Both the position numbers and the translations under genes were made by a program. From a virus (lineage: Duplodnaviria > Caudoviricetes), in the IMG/VR virus record IMGVR_UViG_3300025543_000028, positions 1 to 57,366 of that record: a stretch of DNA of 57,366 nt. One strand, given 5' to 3'. This document shows positions 9,458 to 22,700 of this stretch, in pieces. Below the pieces are notes generated by a model, which had not been told where the DNA came from, ran no database searches, and saw nothing but the letters and a program-made list of their open reading frames with translations. How positions within the stretch are numbered: position 1 is the stretch's first letter; the number at the start of each line of letters is the position of its first letter.

Positions 9458-10171
9458 TTATATTATTTTTATGTATGTACTGTCTGGGTCAAACCAAACA
9501 CGTTTTTTATTATTATTATTTGGTACGCAATACCCAAGAGACCTAATCCAATTACCTGATGAGCTTGTAGGTGTTATGTCAAATAAATTATCATCATCTA
9601 AATACAAACCTCTACCTGCAGTCCATTGTGATATATTTTCGTCTTCTAAATCAAAGAATCCTTTTTGTAAAAGAATTAATGTATTGTTTATATGACTTAT
9701 AAATATAAATAAATTATTGTAAGCTCCTTTGTCTATATCATTAACATCTGCTGTTTTACAAACAGCTCCCCATTCATTTGCTGTATCGGATAAATCTGAC
9801 TTTAAGAAAACTACATCGCCAAACTTATGTGTAGGTCCATGAATAGTTGTGGTTATTCCTGCGTCTACAAAGTTTGGATAAGCATATTTAAAACCATCTA
9901 ACTCAGATGCAACAGGACTTTCAAGTAATGTACCTATTGTAACATTTAATTGAGCTCCTATATTTATAACATCTGCACTATTATCTGCATACGTATTAGC
10001 AGTTACTATAGTAGCACCAGACTCACCTAAAACATTTATTGTATTCGAAGGCTCAGCCACAACATATGGACTACCAGCGCTCACGTCTGTAATAACTAAC
10101 CCATCAGGATAGCCTGATATGGTGAGTTCTTCAGTTGGTGTACTAACATTAACTGTTATTTCGTGAGCCAT
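9458..10171 (-). CDS. Tail fibre-like structural protein
   Basis: 237 aa. The C-terminal GDVVFL..WTAGRGLYL..ITPT.SSGNWIRSLGY..WFDPD pattern recalls small phage structural domains. Its start overlaps the upstream stop codon. Confidence 0.6.
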   Translation of the reverse strand: MAHEITVNVSTPTEELTISGYPDGLVITDVSAGSPYVVAEPSNTINVLGESGATIVTANTYADNSADVINIGAQLNVTIGTLLESPVASELDGFKYAYPNFVDAGITTTIHGPTHKFGDVVFLKSDLSDTANEWGAVCKTADVNDIDKGAYNNLFIFISHINNTLILLQKGFFDLEDENISQWTAGRGLYLDDDNLFDITPTSSSGNWIRSLGYCVPNNNNKKRVWFDPDSTYIKII

Positions 10172-10695
10172 TATATCTGTGTTATATCAGCATTTAAAGT
10201 AAATGTTCCAAACAACCACGTTGTATACTCACAAGCTGTTTCATTAGTATTGTCAATGCTTGTGTTTTTTCTTATTTGAAAATCGTATTTATAATCTCCT
10301 GATTGAAAAGCCATGTGCGTAAAAGGAACAGTTAATACTACTTTAGTATTAGAAGCACCGCCTGTTTGTCCAACTAAATCAATACCTTCAGTATTTGCAT
10401 CACCTGACCAATGACCTTCTTGACTACTGTTTGCGCTCGTAGTGTTTGCTGGGTGACCAGAACTATCAGGAACAACAGCTTTCCAGTAATAACTGTATAT
10501 ATTAAGTACAGGCTCGCCTGATTGGTTTATAATAGACATTTTAGCTTGGTAATGAGGCAAAGAACCTTGCAAACCACTTAAGTCCATAAGACCACTAGAG
10601 TCTTTAACTTCTAGAAATAATTGAAATGAATCATTTCTACGAGCTGTAATATTTACTTCCTTAGCTATGTCTGCTTTTAGTGTCTGTATTGCCAT
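10171..10695 (-). CDS. Tail fibre adaptor-like protein (BppU N-terminal/Ig-like), paralog of 2627..3022
   Basis: 174 aa with ITARRNDSF and SGDYKYDFQI..TWLFGTFTL. First gene after a TATATTTG element. Confidence 0.6.
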   Translation of the reverse strand: MAIQTLKADIAKEVNITARRNDSFQLFLEVKDSSGLMDLSGLQGSLPHYQAKMSIINQSGEPVLNIYSYYWKAVVPDSSGHPANTTSANSSQEGHWSGDANTEGIDLVGQTGGASNTKVVLTVPFTHMAFQSGDYKYDFQIRKNTSIDNTNETACEYTTWLFGTFTLNADITQI

Positions 10696-10709
10696 TTTAA
10701 TTGTTTTAA

Positions 10710-10717
10710 CAAATATA
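10710..10717 (-). promoter_or_regulatory. Bacteroidota sigma-ABfr -7 promoter element TATATTTG
   Basis: Exact TAnnTTTG match in the 30-bp gap upstream of 10695. Confidence 0.65.
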
Positions 10718-10725
10718 CTAATTAT

Positions 10726-13700
10726 TTAGTTTAATTTTCTGTTACTTTTACCTGCGCTACCAGTTTCTAACACTGAGCGTAATGATGCAGGCATAAGTCT
10801 TGCAAAGTGTGCCATAGCTTTAGCGTCTCCTTTGTCTCCATACTTAGCTTTTCTTTGATACTCTGTTCCAGCAATACCATGTGATATAGCTAAAGCTAAA
10901 TTTTCCATAGTATCGGTGGCTGGTATGTTAGTCATGTATATAAGCTTTGGAACATTTACCATAAGCATTGTATCACCAAGAAACTTTTCCATCATTTTTT
11001 CTGTATCATCCCACTCATCATCATCTGTTCCGTGCAAGACAAGAGCATATAATAGCGCAGCTAGAGTAGTAGCGGTAGTACCATTATAGAATCTAGTTAC
11101 TGCCTCTTGTCTGTGCTTAGGTAAAGCATTGTATGCCTTTTTAAATTCTTTAGGATTAGACATTTTGCCTTCAGTCCACATCTTTACTAAGAAATCTCTA
11201 GATGCTACCATAGAGCCAATTGTCATATCACCTAAATCATTTACATCTTCTCGTCTTAATCTATCAGCAAAAAAGGTTGGCAACCAACGTTTGAATTGCA
11301 TAACCATATTACCTAATGAATAAAGTTGTATATAACGTATATCGGTTTCAGAGTAACCTCTACCTTGCACATCAATTACTTTACGCTCTAACGAAGCAAC
11401 GTCTTCTTTTGTAAGTTTAAGATTTTTACCTGTACGTTTTTTAAAGTCAGCAGATTTTTCTACCCACTCTAAGCGTTCAGTTTCAGTAATACCTTTTTTA
11501 TCGCTTTTATGTTCAAGTTCTCCGTCTTTATTGATAAAATACGAATCCCATTGTTCTTGCTCTAAATTACCCAAGAAAGATGCTTGTTGTATCCAGTTTT
11601 CTGCTAGTACCATTGGGCCAAAAAACAAACTACTCAATGAGCTACCACCAATACCTTCAGCAACTTCTTCAGCTCTATAGGTCAAAATACCGAAAGTGCT
11701 AATCATTTTTCTAGCTTTCTCTCTATCTGATGGGTTGTAAGCAGTATCTTTATTTAGACCCCAGAATCTAGCTTCTCCTTTAAGTAGAGCTTTACCTCCT
11801 GCTTGTCTGTATGCATTAAACTTACCAATAAGCACGTTACCTGCTGCAGCACTAAAGTTTAGACCTAAAGCAACATACATTGTCCATTGGGTGAAGAAGT
11901 TTACTACAACTTTTTCTGGTTGTTGATTAAGTATTTTGTATGGGCTATCTGTCCAAGTTAAATTCTTTTCTTTTTTAATTAAACCACCTTTAACTACTTT
12001 TTCTAAATACTTAAAAGCGTTTGGATTGTTGTCTTTAATTTCTAATGAAGATATTGCTGCATCAACTTCTCCTAGTTTTTCGTTAAATCCTGAAAATGCT
12101 AAAGGAAATGTGTCAGGACTAATAGGGTTTACCACTTCGAATCCATCGTCACCAGCCCAAGACAAATGATGGTATACACCATTCTTATCTTTGTATTGAT
12201 TACCATGCTGAAACATCATTAACCTATTGTAATTAGATAAAGCTTTGTGCATATTAAAAGTAGCTAAATAAGCTGACGACATAGAACGTCTATGTAAACT
12301 TCTGTTTATAACTGTTTCACTTTCTAAATTCATTAATTGATTTAATGCACTCGGTATCTTTACAAAGTCACCATTATCATCTTTCCTTGCTTCCCAAATA
12401 CTTTTAGCTTTACTTTTAATTTCATTAAAACCTTTTCTTCTTTCTAAAGCAGTCATTTGCTGCAAGCTAGTTTCTTCTCTAGAAACCATTGTAACACCTC
12501 TTTTAGTTTTTTGTGGTCTGTACACTGTAAACTTTTCACCTGGTGCATGCATGTATATTGCTTTCCAACTAAAGTAATCTAGAGTTTCTTCTTGATTAGT
12601 AATTGGGTTAATTGCTGTAATCTTAATGTCTTGGAAATCCTCATCCCCTTTAGACATTTGGAAGTACATACCATATAAACCACGTCTGTGTAAAGTTTCC
12701 CAAGTAGAAGAGTTTATGTTAGGTATATATGCAGCACCTTTATTTGCTTTGTAAAGGTTTTTAGCCTCAATCATGTTTCTGTAGAAGTTTGTATACTTTA
12801 CATACATTTTTAAATAATCTAATTCTGCTTTGGATAAACCAGCCCCACCCTTATCTTTAGACTTAGTTAAAAACTCGTCGCTTTTTAGTTCATGTGAATT
12901 AGCAAATTTACCTCTAGAAAAAAAGAAAATACTTTTAAGTTCTAAATTAGACACATCTCTGTATGTAACTTCACCATCTTTGTTAATGGTTTTTTTAATA
13001 CCTTTTCTGTCTCTGTCGTTAAAACTAAAGAAATTACCAAATAGTATTTCATCATAAGATAAAGTTCCAAACGGTATGTATTTTTTCATCAAAGCTATAC
13101 CCTTAGAGCGCATACCATCACCAAACTTTTCTTTGTACAAAGCATCTAGTTTACCATTCATTTCTTCAGTCATCAAAGAAATATTTCTAGTAAAGGTCAT
13201 GTGTGTGCCTTTAAGCTCTTTATTAATATACGCTATAGCAGGTTTGCTTTTACCAAAATCACCAGGTGACCATATTAAGTCTAATAAACCTATATCTTTT
13301 TTTCTAAGCTCAGAATTAGGTTTTGTAATTTCTTCAACAAAACTCTTACCGTGTTTGTTTTCCCAATCAGCAATTTGGTATTCAGTAATATGTTCACTGA
13401 ATTTGTATTGCATGTACTGTATAAGGGAAGCTGCTGCTATAGGGTCTACATTATAATTCTCTTTACCTAAAGCAATTCTCTTGCTTTTAATTTCATCACG
13501 TAGTTCTTTGTACGCTTCTGATACTGCATTCATTTTAAGTTTTAACGCAGAAAAACTATTAGCTTTGTCTTTATAGTTAAGTTTGTATGTAGAGTTATTA
13601 AACAAATCTTTGTCTTGTGTATATAATCCTTTGATAAACTCTACAGACTTTTCATAAACCTTATATTGTTTTTCTAGCTGGTCTATTTCATTTTGATTAA

Positions 13701-16700
13701 GGTCTGAAAGTTTTCTAACATTACTTTTACCTTCTCTAACAAGCTGCTCTAATAGAGTTTTATAGTAGTCTCTTTTATTCATTTTTTCACCTACAGCACC
13801 GTAATTTTGCGTACCATGAGTGGGAACTTTAAGGTATTTTTTATTTTGTTCATTCTTTAAATCATTTTGAATCTCGTCTATTAAAGCATTTCTGTCTTCA
13901 TATGTAATAAATGATTCCACTGAATTTTTGTCATTAGCAATTTCTTTACTTAAAGTAGTAATGGCTAATTGTGGCCAACTTGTATTTTGTTTAAATTGGT
14001 ATTCAGATTTTTTGTACACATAACCATCTTTTTTAGATGTTAATTCTATTCCTGTACGAGATGATATTTCAGTTTTGTGATGCAAATCTTTAGTAAAAGA
14101 TGATTCATTTGCAAAACCACCCTGATTTAAAGATTTCGAATAGGTAGGATATAAACCATTATAAGAGTTGTATGCAACAACTTCGCCTGTTTCTTTTATA
14201 GTCCTAGATTGTGCATCTACACCGTTTACCATTAGATTAAGTATAGCTGCAATTCTTCTATTATCAACTGCAGGTATGCCTGTAAAGTTTACCTTATCAG
14301 ATAGCCTATCTTTTAAAATTTCCATGTCACCATCAAAAGTACTTACGTCTTCATTGTTTTGTACTTTTTTATAATAATTATCTATTTTAGAAATAGTATT
14401 ATTATCCATATAAGGTATCATAGAAGTACCAGAATTTTTACTTCCCCAGCCAGTGTTTAAAAAGTCTGTAAGTACTAACAACGTTTTCATTTTAGGGCTA
14501 AGCTTAGCAAAATCTTTTTTATACAAGTCTACTTGCTCAACAAATTCTAATTGTTTAGATACCTTTTCTACATCTATAGATACGTCGTAATTATTAACTT
14601 GTGATATTACACCTTTGCTATTAGTAACAAATGAGGTTCTAGGTCTTATTTTAAGTATTCCGTTCTCTCTATCTAACCACTTGTTGCCTTTATATTTATT
14701 AGCTTGTACATCGTCTGATATTTTAGTATAAGCCATGTCAAATAAGTTAAACATTTTAAGCTCGACCGATGATGTTGCCCAATCAGAAAGAGGACTTTCT
14801 TCGCCTAACATTTCTTCGTGTAGTTTGTTAAGTTCAGTTTCTACATCATAATTAGAATGTATAAGCATTCTACCAAAATTTAATGCTTTTACTATATTTT
14901 TGTTTTTATCAGCATTACTAGCAACATCATCAAAGTCCGAATAGATGTTTATTGGTAAATAAACGTCTGGGTCAGTTTCACTTTGTTTCGGTGCTAATGC
15001 ACGTTCAGAATTAAGTATACCATCATTGTCTGTTGTAATAACTTCATCTATTGTAAAGTCACCTAACAGCCCCTTGCTATAACCGTTATTTAGCTGTGTA
15101 CTTTCATCTAAGCTTTGCTTAATAAGTTTATAGTTTTTGTCTCTGAAATTAGAAAAAACTGGATTGTTAGATTGTGTTTTTTCTATATCTTCCTGTCTAT
15201 TTAGTGCTGCAACAGCTTCTTGATGTTCAAATAAACCTGATATAGTATCTACATTAAATCTTTTGTCTAGACTCACAAATAAACTAAGGTTTAATATGTC
15301 TTGACTTACTTGTTTCATTACGTGGTTAAACAATAAGGCTTCTTTATTGTAACCTTCTTTTTTATAGAAAGGAGATTGTTTATCAGTCATTGCTGCTAAA
15401 TCAAACTCGAGGCTTCCGTTTAAAACAAAAATTTCTTGTATAATTTCATTAACTGATGGTGTATATTTTGAGCCTGGATATTTATCTCTAAACAAATCAT
15501 GTGCAGCTCTTTCAGTCAATTCTTTAACCTCAGAAGTTTCCATGTTATCAAAGCTTGCAAAATTTACTTCTTTTAAAAACAATGAAATTTCAGCAGGCTT
15601 CATACCATATTTAATCAATGTAATAAATTGGCTTGCTGTAGACTTTACAAATTGAAACTTAGCTCTATTACCATATTTACCATCATCTAAAATAAGATTT
15701 AAGTAATTACACAGTTCATAAAAAGTACCCTTACCATCTCTGTTTATTGTATTGCTTAGATTAGTAAACCCCTTTCTATTGCTTTTAGTTTTAATGGTAA
15801 TAGGGTTTTTTTGGTCTTCACTAAATTCAAAGAACAGCCTAGGGTTGTTTTGTGCTATATAACTAAATGTAAGGTTCTGTGCTGCTATATTACCAATCAT
15901 TGGTACATTACCCTTGCTTGTTGCAAAAGTGTTGTTAGCGCCTAAAATACTTAAATCGTTATTTATATCTGTACTACCTTCTTTATTGCCATATAAAGCC
16001 ATGTTTGAAGGCTCTGCAATGTTCTTGTCAAATTCAATAATTTGAGTCAACATGTTTATGGTTTCAGGCATAGAATACAAGTCTATAATAGATTGTATAA
16101 AGTCGTTTTTAGCTTGAGCTATTTCAGATAATTTTTTGCTTTTATCTAAAACATTTATGTGTAACATATCGCCATCTAAATCTGCACCAATAATTTCAGA
16201 GCTTTTAGAACTAATAGCTATAGTGTTACCGCTTTTCTTAGATATTTTTTTAACTTTCATTACCATGGTTGAACCAGCCGATGAAGCAGGTATACGAGTT
16301 GCTAAAAACAAATCACCTTCTTTTACGCCTAGTTTACGAGCCATATGTCCACTTACTATAGCTTCAGCATGCTCTACTACCATTTCTCCATTAACCTCTT
16401 CTACACTTGTTGGTTTTAGTGTATCATCAGTTTCTATAAGTTTACCATCTTTTATTTCATGACCTTCTATTAAGTCTGTTTCTTGTATAGAAAGTGTACC
16501 TTTAGTTCTAAGTTTTTGATTCTTTTTAATTTTAGAAGAAGCAATTTGGTATGCTGCGTCTTTCATTGCAGGTAAAGACATGTACCCTTGAGAAAACATA
16601 GCTCTAATTGCAGGTGGCATAGAAGATGCATTTAAATCTTGTTTAGCTAGACCCTCAAAAGAATAACCTTCTAGATTATCTTTATATTGTAAATCTAAAG

Positions 16701-19700
16701 CTTTACCGTATGCTACGTGTACTTTTTTAGTTGCAGCTCTCACTGAAGCGTCTTGATGGTCATAAAACACGTTTATACTACCTATTTTTTGTTTAGCTGC
16801 AGTTGCAGTAACTGCTTCTTTATCAAGTTCGTTTTGAACACCAAAAAATCTACCATCATAACCTCTAAGACCAGTACTAACGTCAAATGAATACTTATCC
16901 ATTTCTACGTTTATATCAAACTGTTTGTCGTTTAAATTAGCTAGTGAGAATGAATTAACACCCTTTACTAAACCTTTCTTTACGGCTTCAGAGTTGTAAG
17001 CTATAACACTGTGATTATCAAGGCCTTTAGATTTGTAGTAGGCCTCTCTAGATTTCATCTTTGTATATATACCTTTCAGAACACCTTTAACTTTATTGTC
17101 TAATACAATAGTGTGTCCTTTAAAGTAAAATTGATTTGCAGACAAACCAATATGTGATGCCATTCTTTTGTTGTCATAATTACGTCCTGCACCAACTAAT
17201 TTAAAAGAGCCTTGAACTCCAGACATACCTCCGTAAGAAGCCATCATTCTTTGAGCTTCGTCAATAGTAACAAAAGATGCAGAATCAGCTGTTTTAGGAT
17301 TAAGCTCTATTTCTTTTAACTTTCCAGTTTCGTAGTCGATTACCTTAACCTTTTGTTTCTGGTCTTCAAATGATATTTTTTCGTCATCAAAAACCAAAGG
17401 CTCAACTCTTCTACCTCCAAACAACTTATCATGTGGGGCTATAAATAATGTAGACCTTTTATTTTTCTCTGAATAGTTTGATTCTTCACCTACAAAAGAG
17501 TTTAAATCTTGCAACCAATACTTATTCAGTGTATAGTGTAAAGAAGCAATAGCTTGACTATAGTCTAGGTCAAGAGCCTCCATCATTTCTACATGAGTAT
17601 TTGTGTCTAAAACATCATATATCTTACCATCTATAGTTTGTTGAAAAGCTAAGTCACCTAATAGGTTAAGCTCTCCTTTAACTGTAGATACAGATTTACC
17701 ATATCCTTTAATGTCATAGGTTTTTGATAAGAAGTCTATTGTTTTTTGACTAGCAACTTTAAACAAATCAAAATCTGAATCACTATTGTGGTTATCTATA
17801 ACTTGTTTCGTTTTAGCATTATGATAAGCTCTAACTTCTGCAAGCTTTTTTTGCAAGTCTTTAGTAGTTGATTTTATCCAACCTTTAATAAATTTCTTTT
17901 CTAATTTTTTTTGTTCTGCACGTGCGTTTTTTATTTCTTTGTTATTAGAATAAGCTCCTGCATATAAATTAGAGTCTATTTCCATATATCTATTGTAATC
18001 AAGACCATTTTTTTTCTTGACTACATTATTAAAATAATTTCCATACGAAGTCCTTTTTGCAACTGATATAAAGGCTTTAGCATAGTATCGTCTAGATTTG
18101 TCTGAGAAATCTCGTATTACTTGCATGTAAGAAGTATTGCCTTCTTTAATTGCTTTAGATATAGCTTTTATATCGCTTCTAGTTATTTCGTCTGCTTGTA
18201 TGTTATCTCTATCTTTACCTGTTGCAATACTACCATCTAAAGATGTGTATTCAAGTTTGTAAGAGTTGTCCATCATTCCAGCAGCATAAGGATTTACAAT
18301 ATCTCCTTCTGTAAACATGTTAGAAAAATCGTCAAAGTTGTTGACAACCATATCGTTAAGCAAGTCTTTATTGTACTCTAAGAAGTACTTTCTTGTGTTT
18401 TTGTTTAAAGTATTACCTTCTGGTGTCTTTATATTAGACATGTACAGATTGTTATTTTCACTTTGATATGTTGCAATAACAGCCTTAGCTGATTTTTTAT
18501 GACCTTGCAGATTGTTAAGCGATAAATCTATAAAGCCTTTTTGATTAGCTCTAATATTAATAGAGGCTCTAATTGGCTTATTCCAAGTTTTTTCAGAATA
18601 CTGCAACCATAAACCTTCTTCCCCTATAGCTTCTATTTCAAAATATTCTAAAACTTCAGGTAAAGTCATGCTTGAATCTAAACCTAAAAAGTTTAGTGCG
18701 TTTCTTAAACTTGTTTCAGAATTTGTATCAATCTTAGCTGACTTAATACGAGCAACGACATCGTCTTTTGCAACTAAGCCATTGTATATTTCATCAGCTT
18801 TTGGTGAAAATATTCTTGATTGTGTATTCAGTTTTGTTACATAATTAGGCTTACCATGTTTAGCTACACTAAATCGTTCTGTGTTTTGATAAGCAAATCT
18901 AAAATTGTTTAAAAACTTTTCTTCAGCTATAGCTAAATTTTCAGGGCTAATAGAAATTCTCTTACCACCTTTGATTGCTGGAGAATTTTTAAATACAGCT
19001 CTAAACACTTCGGTCATAGCTTTGTCTTTATACGCCTGACCTGATTCTTTTGCAGTTTTACCAGCTATAGTTTTCCAAGACATGTCTTCTCCTTGAGGAA
19101 ATTGTATTGTCATAGAGTCAAACAGTAGTTGTTCAATTCTATTGTTAGAAAAATAATTTCTTAAAGAAACATTAGAGTCTGTATCGACATCATAAACCAT
19201 AAAATCATCAAGGTTTTCGTATGTAAAAGCATACCCATTACCTTGAGAATTATTTTGATTCATAGGTAGGAAATATGTATTTATAAACTCTAACAATTGA
19301 GTGTCTCCTATGTTATCGCTATATAAAAGTTCAGCAGCACTTTGAGAGTATTTCATTCTCTTTTGATAAGTGTACATAGCCGCCTTATCATCTCTACTTA
19401 ACTCGTTTTTAGAAAATTGGAATCCACTTAAGAAACTTAAAGTTTGTTTTAACCTTGTAGTTCCTGGCTTTATAGTGTCAATGTCAAGCATTAAAGTATA
19501 GTCTAATGCACTTTGTATACTTCTTGCAGCTTCTCTACTTGTTGTGTATCCAAAGCCATCAGTGGTAATGAACATACTTTTTTCAGTAACCATAGAATCA
19601 AGTTGCAAATAAGCTCCTTGCAAAGCAGTACCATATAGTTTGGTGCTACCCATTCTGCTATAAGGCGTCGTATAAGGTATTATATCTAGTTCTGAAGTTA

Positions 19701-22700
19701 AATAAGTAAAAAAGCTTCCTAATATTGCATCTTGTCGAGTTAGTTTTGCAGAGCTACCTTTTAGATATTCTTCAATTTTACCCCAAGACTTTTCAACAAA
19801 TTCATCACTACTACGTGTTTCGTCTTTAAAATTTCTTAATATAGTAAGTAAGTTGTCTTTAGTAACACCTGAACCTCCTTGTGAATTGTTTTCTCTACGT
19901 ACATAGAAGTCTATTACTGTAGAAAATTGTTCAGATATACCTTTAGGGTCTGCTCCTATTAAATCAGAAAAAGTATCATCAGCTGTTAATTCTTCTGTAT
20001 ACTCGACAGGCCCTTCTACTTTTACAAATTGCTCAAGGTTTTTAAACTTTTGAGACAAATCGTTTATCTCCGCACTATCTAAATTAATTAAAACTTGCTC
20101 TGTTTTTTGTGCTATTTTATTTTTTAAAGCTTGTTTGTGTGCATTAAGTATATGTTTCTTAATTTTCTTATGCTCACTTAGCAGTATTGTTTTTGCTATA
20201 TTATAATCAGGCGAGCCTACATACGTTTCTTGAGCGTATTTACCAAGCAACGTACTTGCAACTTGTTTATAGGTTTTTTGTACGCTAGACTGTAAATTTA
20301 TAGAGTCTTCTATAAACTCTTTTAAACCTTCTTCATTATCAAGTTTAGCTTTGTCCATTAAGGCATCGAAACTTGTTTTAGCAAATTCTTCAGCATATAA
20401 CTTAGCTTGACTTTCAGAACCATTAATTATGTTAATAGCTTCTTTAGTAATAGCTTTACGCTTATTATATTTTTTAGTTTGTGCAGCCTGTGTACTAGCG
20501 TACTCACCATAATTTGCCTCATTCTTACGAACTACATCATTAATTTTAGCAAATAAAGTTTCTAAAGACTCAGTACCTTTACGAGTTTTGCTTGGGTCAT
20601 ATAAATCTTTTGATATAACTTGGAATGCAGATTGTGCTTCTTCCTCTGTAATAGAACCTCTTATCATTTCTTTAAACGATTTCATGCCATCGTTAAAGTC
20701 TTTCTTAGCTTGTCCTTGTATAAATATGTCTTGATTAACCGAACCGTATAAACCACCTAGTTTTGCTAATGCTTCGTCTTGTATATGTACTTGCTTACTT
20801 CCTGCAAGTTCAACAAAACCAGCTTCGTTAAATAAAATTAAAGAAGCCTCATAAAAAGCTTTCTTTGTTTCATCGTTATTTGCTAAACCATTTTCTCTTA
20901 TATAGTCTGCATATTTCGTTATAACTGGAAATAAACTACCTTGACCATTAGATTCTTGTATTCTTTTTAATAGAGTTAATGCTTCTTTTTGGGTAAGAGT
21001 TCTCATTTTACCAGTACCATCAGGCACTGCGTATAAAATGTTTTCTTGATAATCGAGCTTCATCTTCTTGTACACAGGTTGATGTACAACAGCTCTCATC
21101 ATCTTCATTACTTCTTTAGTCTTACCATATAGCATTCTAAATATATGGAAGTTCTCGTGGAACAATGCCTCTTCTGGGCTATCTGTAGACGCTGATGGGT
21201 TAATAAACACACCCATACCCATAGCATAAGCTGCGGCAGTCTCACCGTGTGAATATATTTCATCTAAAAACTGTATAGATATAATACCATCTACAGCTTT
21301 CTTTGCATATAAATTAGCTAGAGTTCTATCTGAACCACCACCCATTCTAATTGTACGTCTGACTTTTCTTCGCATAGCAGCAGCTTCAATAGCATTAACT
21401 ATTTTTACTGCTTTCTCTTTATTAAAAAACGCTTTCGCAAACTTTAAAGCTATATCTCTAACTAATAAAGCAGAGTCTTTAATGTTTTTTCCATTTAGAT
21501 AAGAAGGTATTTTAATCTTAGGCTTATCCTTCTTGTCTTCTTCTTTTTTGTCTTCAGTTTTATCTTCAGTCTTATCTTCTTCAGCCTCTTCTTTTGCTTC
21601 TTCTTTCTGTTTTTCTTCTTGTTTTTCTTTTTCTAGTTTTTCCTTCTCTAAGAGGTCTTTTTCAACTTCATCTACTACCTCATCAATTCTACCAGAAGTC
21701 TTCTCTATCGAGCCGTCAGGGTTTAAGGTTACAGTGCTAACACTACCTTCTTTCTTGTTTTCTTTAACAAACACATAAGTGCCGTCTTTTGTCTGTGATT
21801 TATCTAAAGTATAGCCTTCCATGTCGTCACCCATTTCGGACTCCACTTTTTCATAAGCTTCTTTTGTATCTTGCTCTGCTTTTTCAGCCTTATAAAACTC
21901 TTTTGACAATTCACTATCATCAATCAAAGCTTTCTCTTCATCAGTCAGCTCTTCACCTCTTTTTTCTTTTGCTACTATTTCTTTAAGCTTAGGTGCTTTA
22001 TCTGATATAAAGTCTTTCGTTTCCTTACGCTTTTCAGACTCTCTATATACTTCGTCTATATTTTCTTTAGCACCTTTAATAAGTTCTTCTTGTGCTGCTA
22101 ACGATGACTCGGCTAACTTCTTAAGACCTTCTATTTGTTTCTTACCTGACTTCTCTTTGATGTCTCCATCTTTAATGCTTTGCTCTATAGATGCTATCTT
22201 AGCTTCAATACCTTCTCTCTGTTGTGCTAGTCTTTTCTTACTTGTTTGCAACAACCAAGAGTTAGCAACAAGCTTAGATTTACCCATGTTATCTAAATCA
22301 TGAGTTGGTTTACCTTCCATAGCTGTTTCAACCTCCTTAAGAGTATCTTTAAATGTAGTGTGTTGCTCTTCTGTTATATTACCTTGTTGGTATTGTTGTT
22401 CAAAAAAGTCTAGTACTACTTCTTGGTCTCCTTCCTTAACAGCATTCATTGCCATATTGTAAGCTGCTGAGTCTCTCATAAACTCTACTGCTTCATCTGC
22501 TGACAACTCTTCTATTACTTCTTTTTGCTCTGTACCTATTACTACTCCTTGTTCATTCTTTTTATTAACTGTAACTTGTCGTTTAACAGTAAACTTTCCA
22601 TTACCTAAGTCTTTAGTAAACGCAGACACATACTGGTGTGTTTCGTTTCTATTATCTATAGACTTCTGCATTAAGCTTCTGTTTTCTGTGGCTGTACGTA

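Noticed and set aside
1-10695. Diversity-generating retroelement acting on tail genes
   Set aside because: No reverse transcriptase is in the window, and repeat differences fall at wobble positions rather than being adenine-specific.
21530-21680. EDKT/EEK low-complexity repeats in the RNAP gene
   Set aside because: This looks like an ordinary charged linker with no separate function evident.
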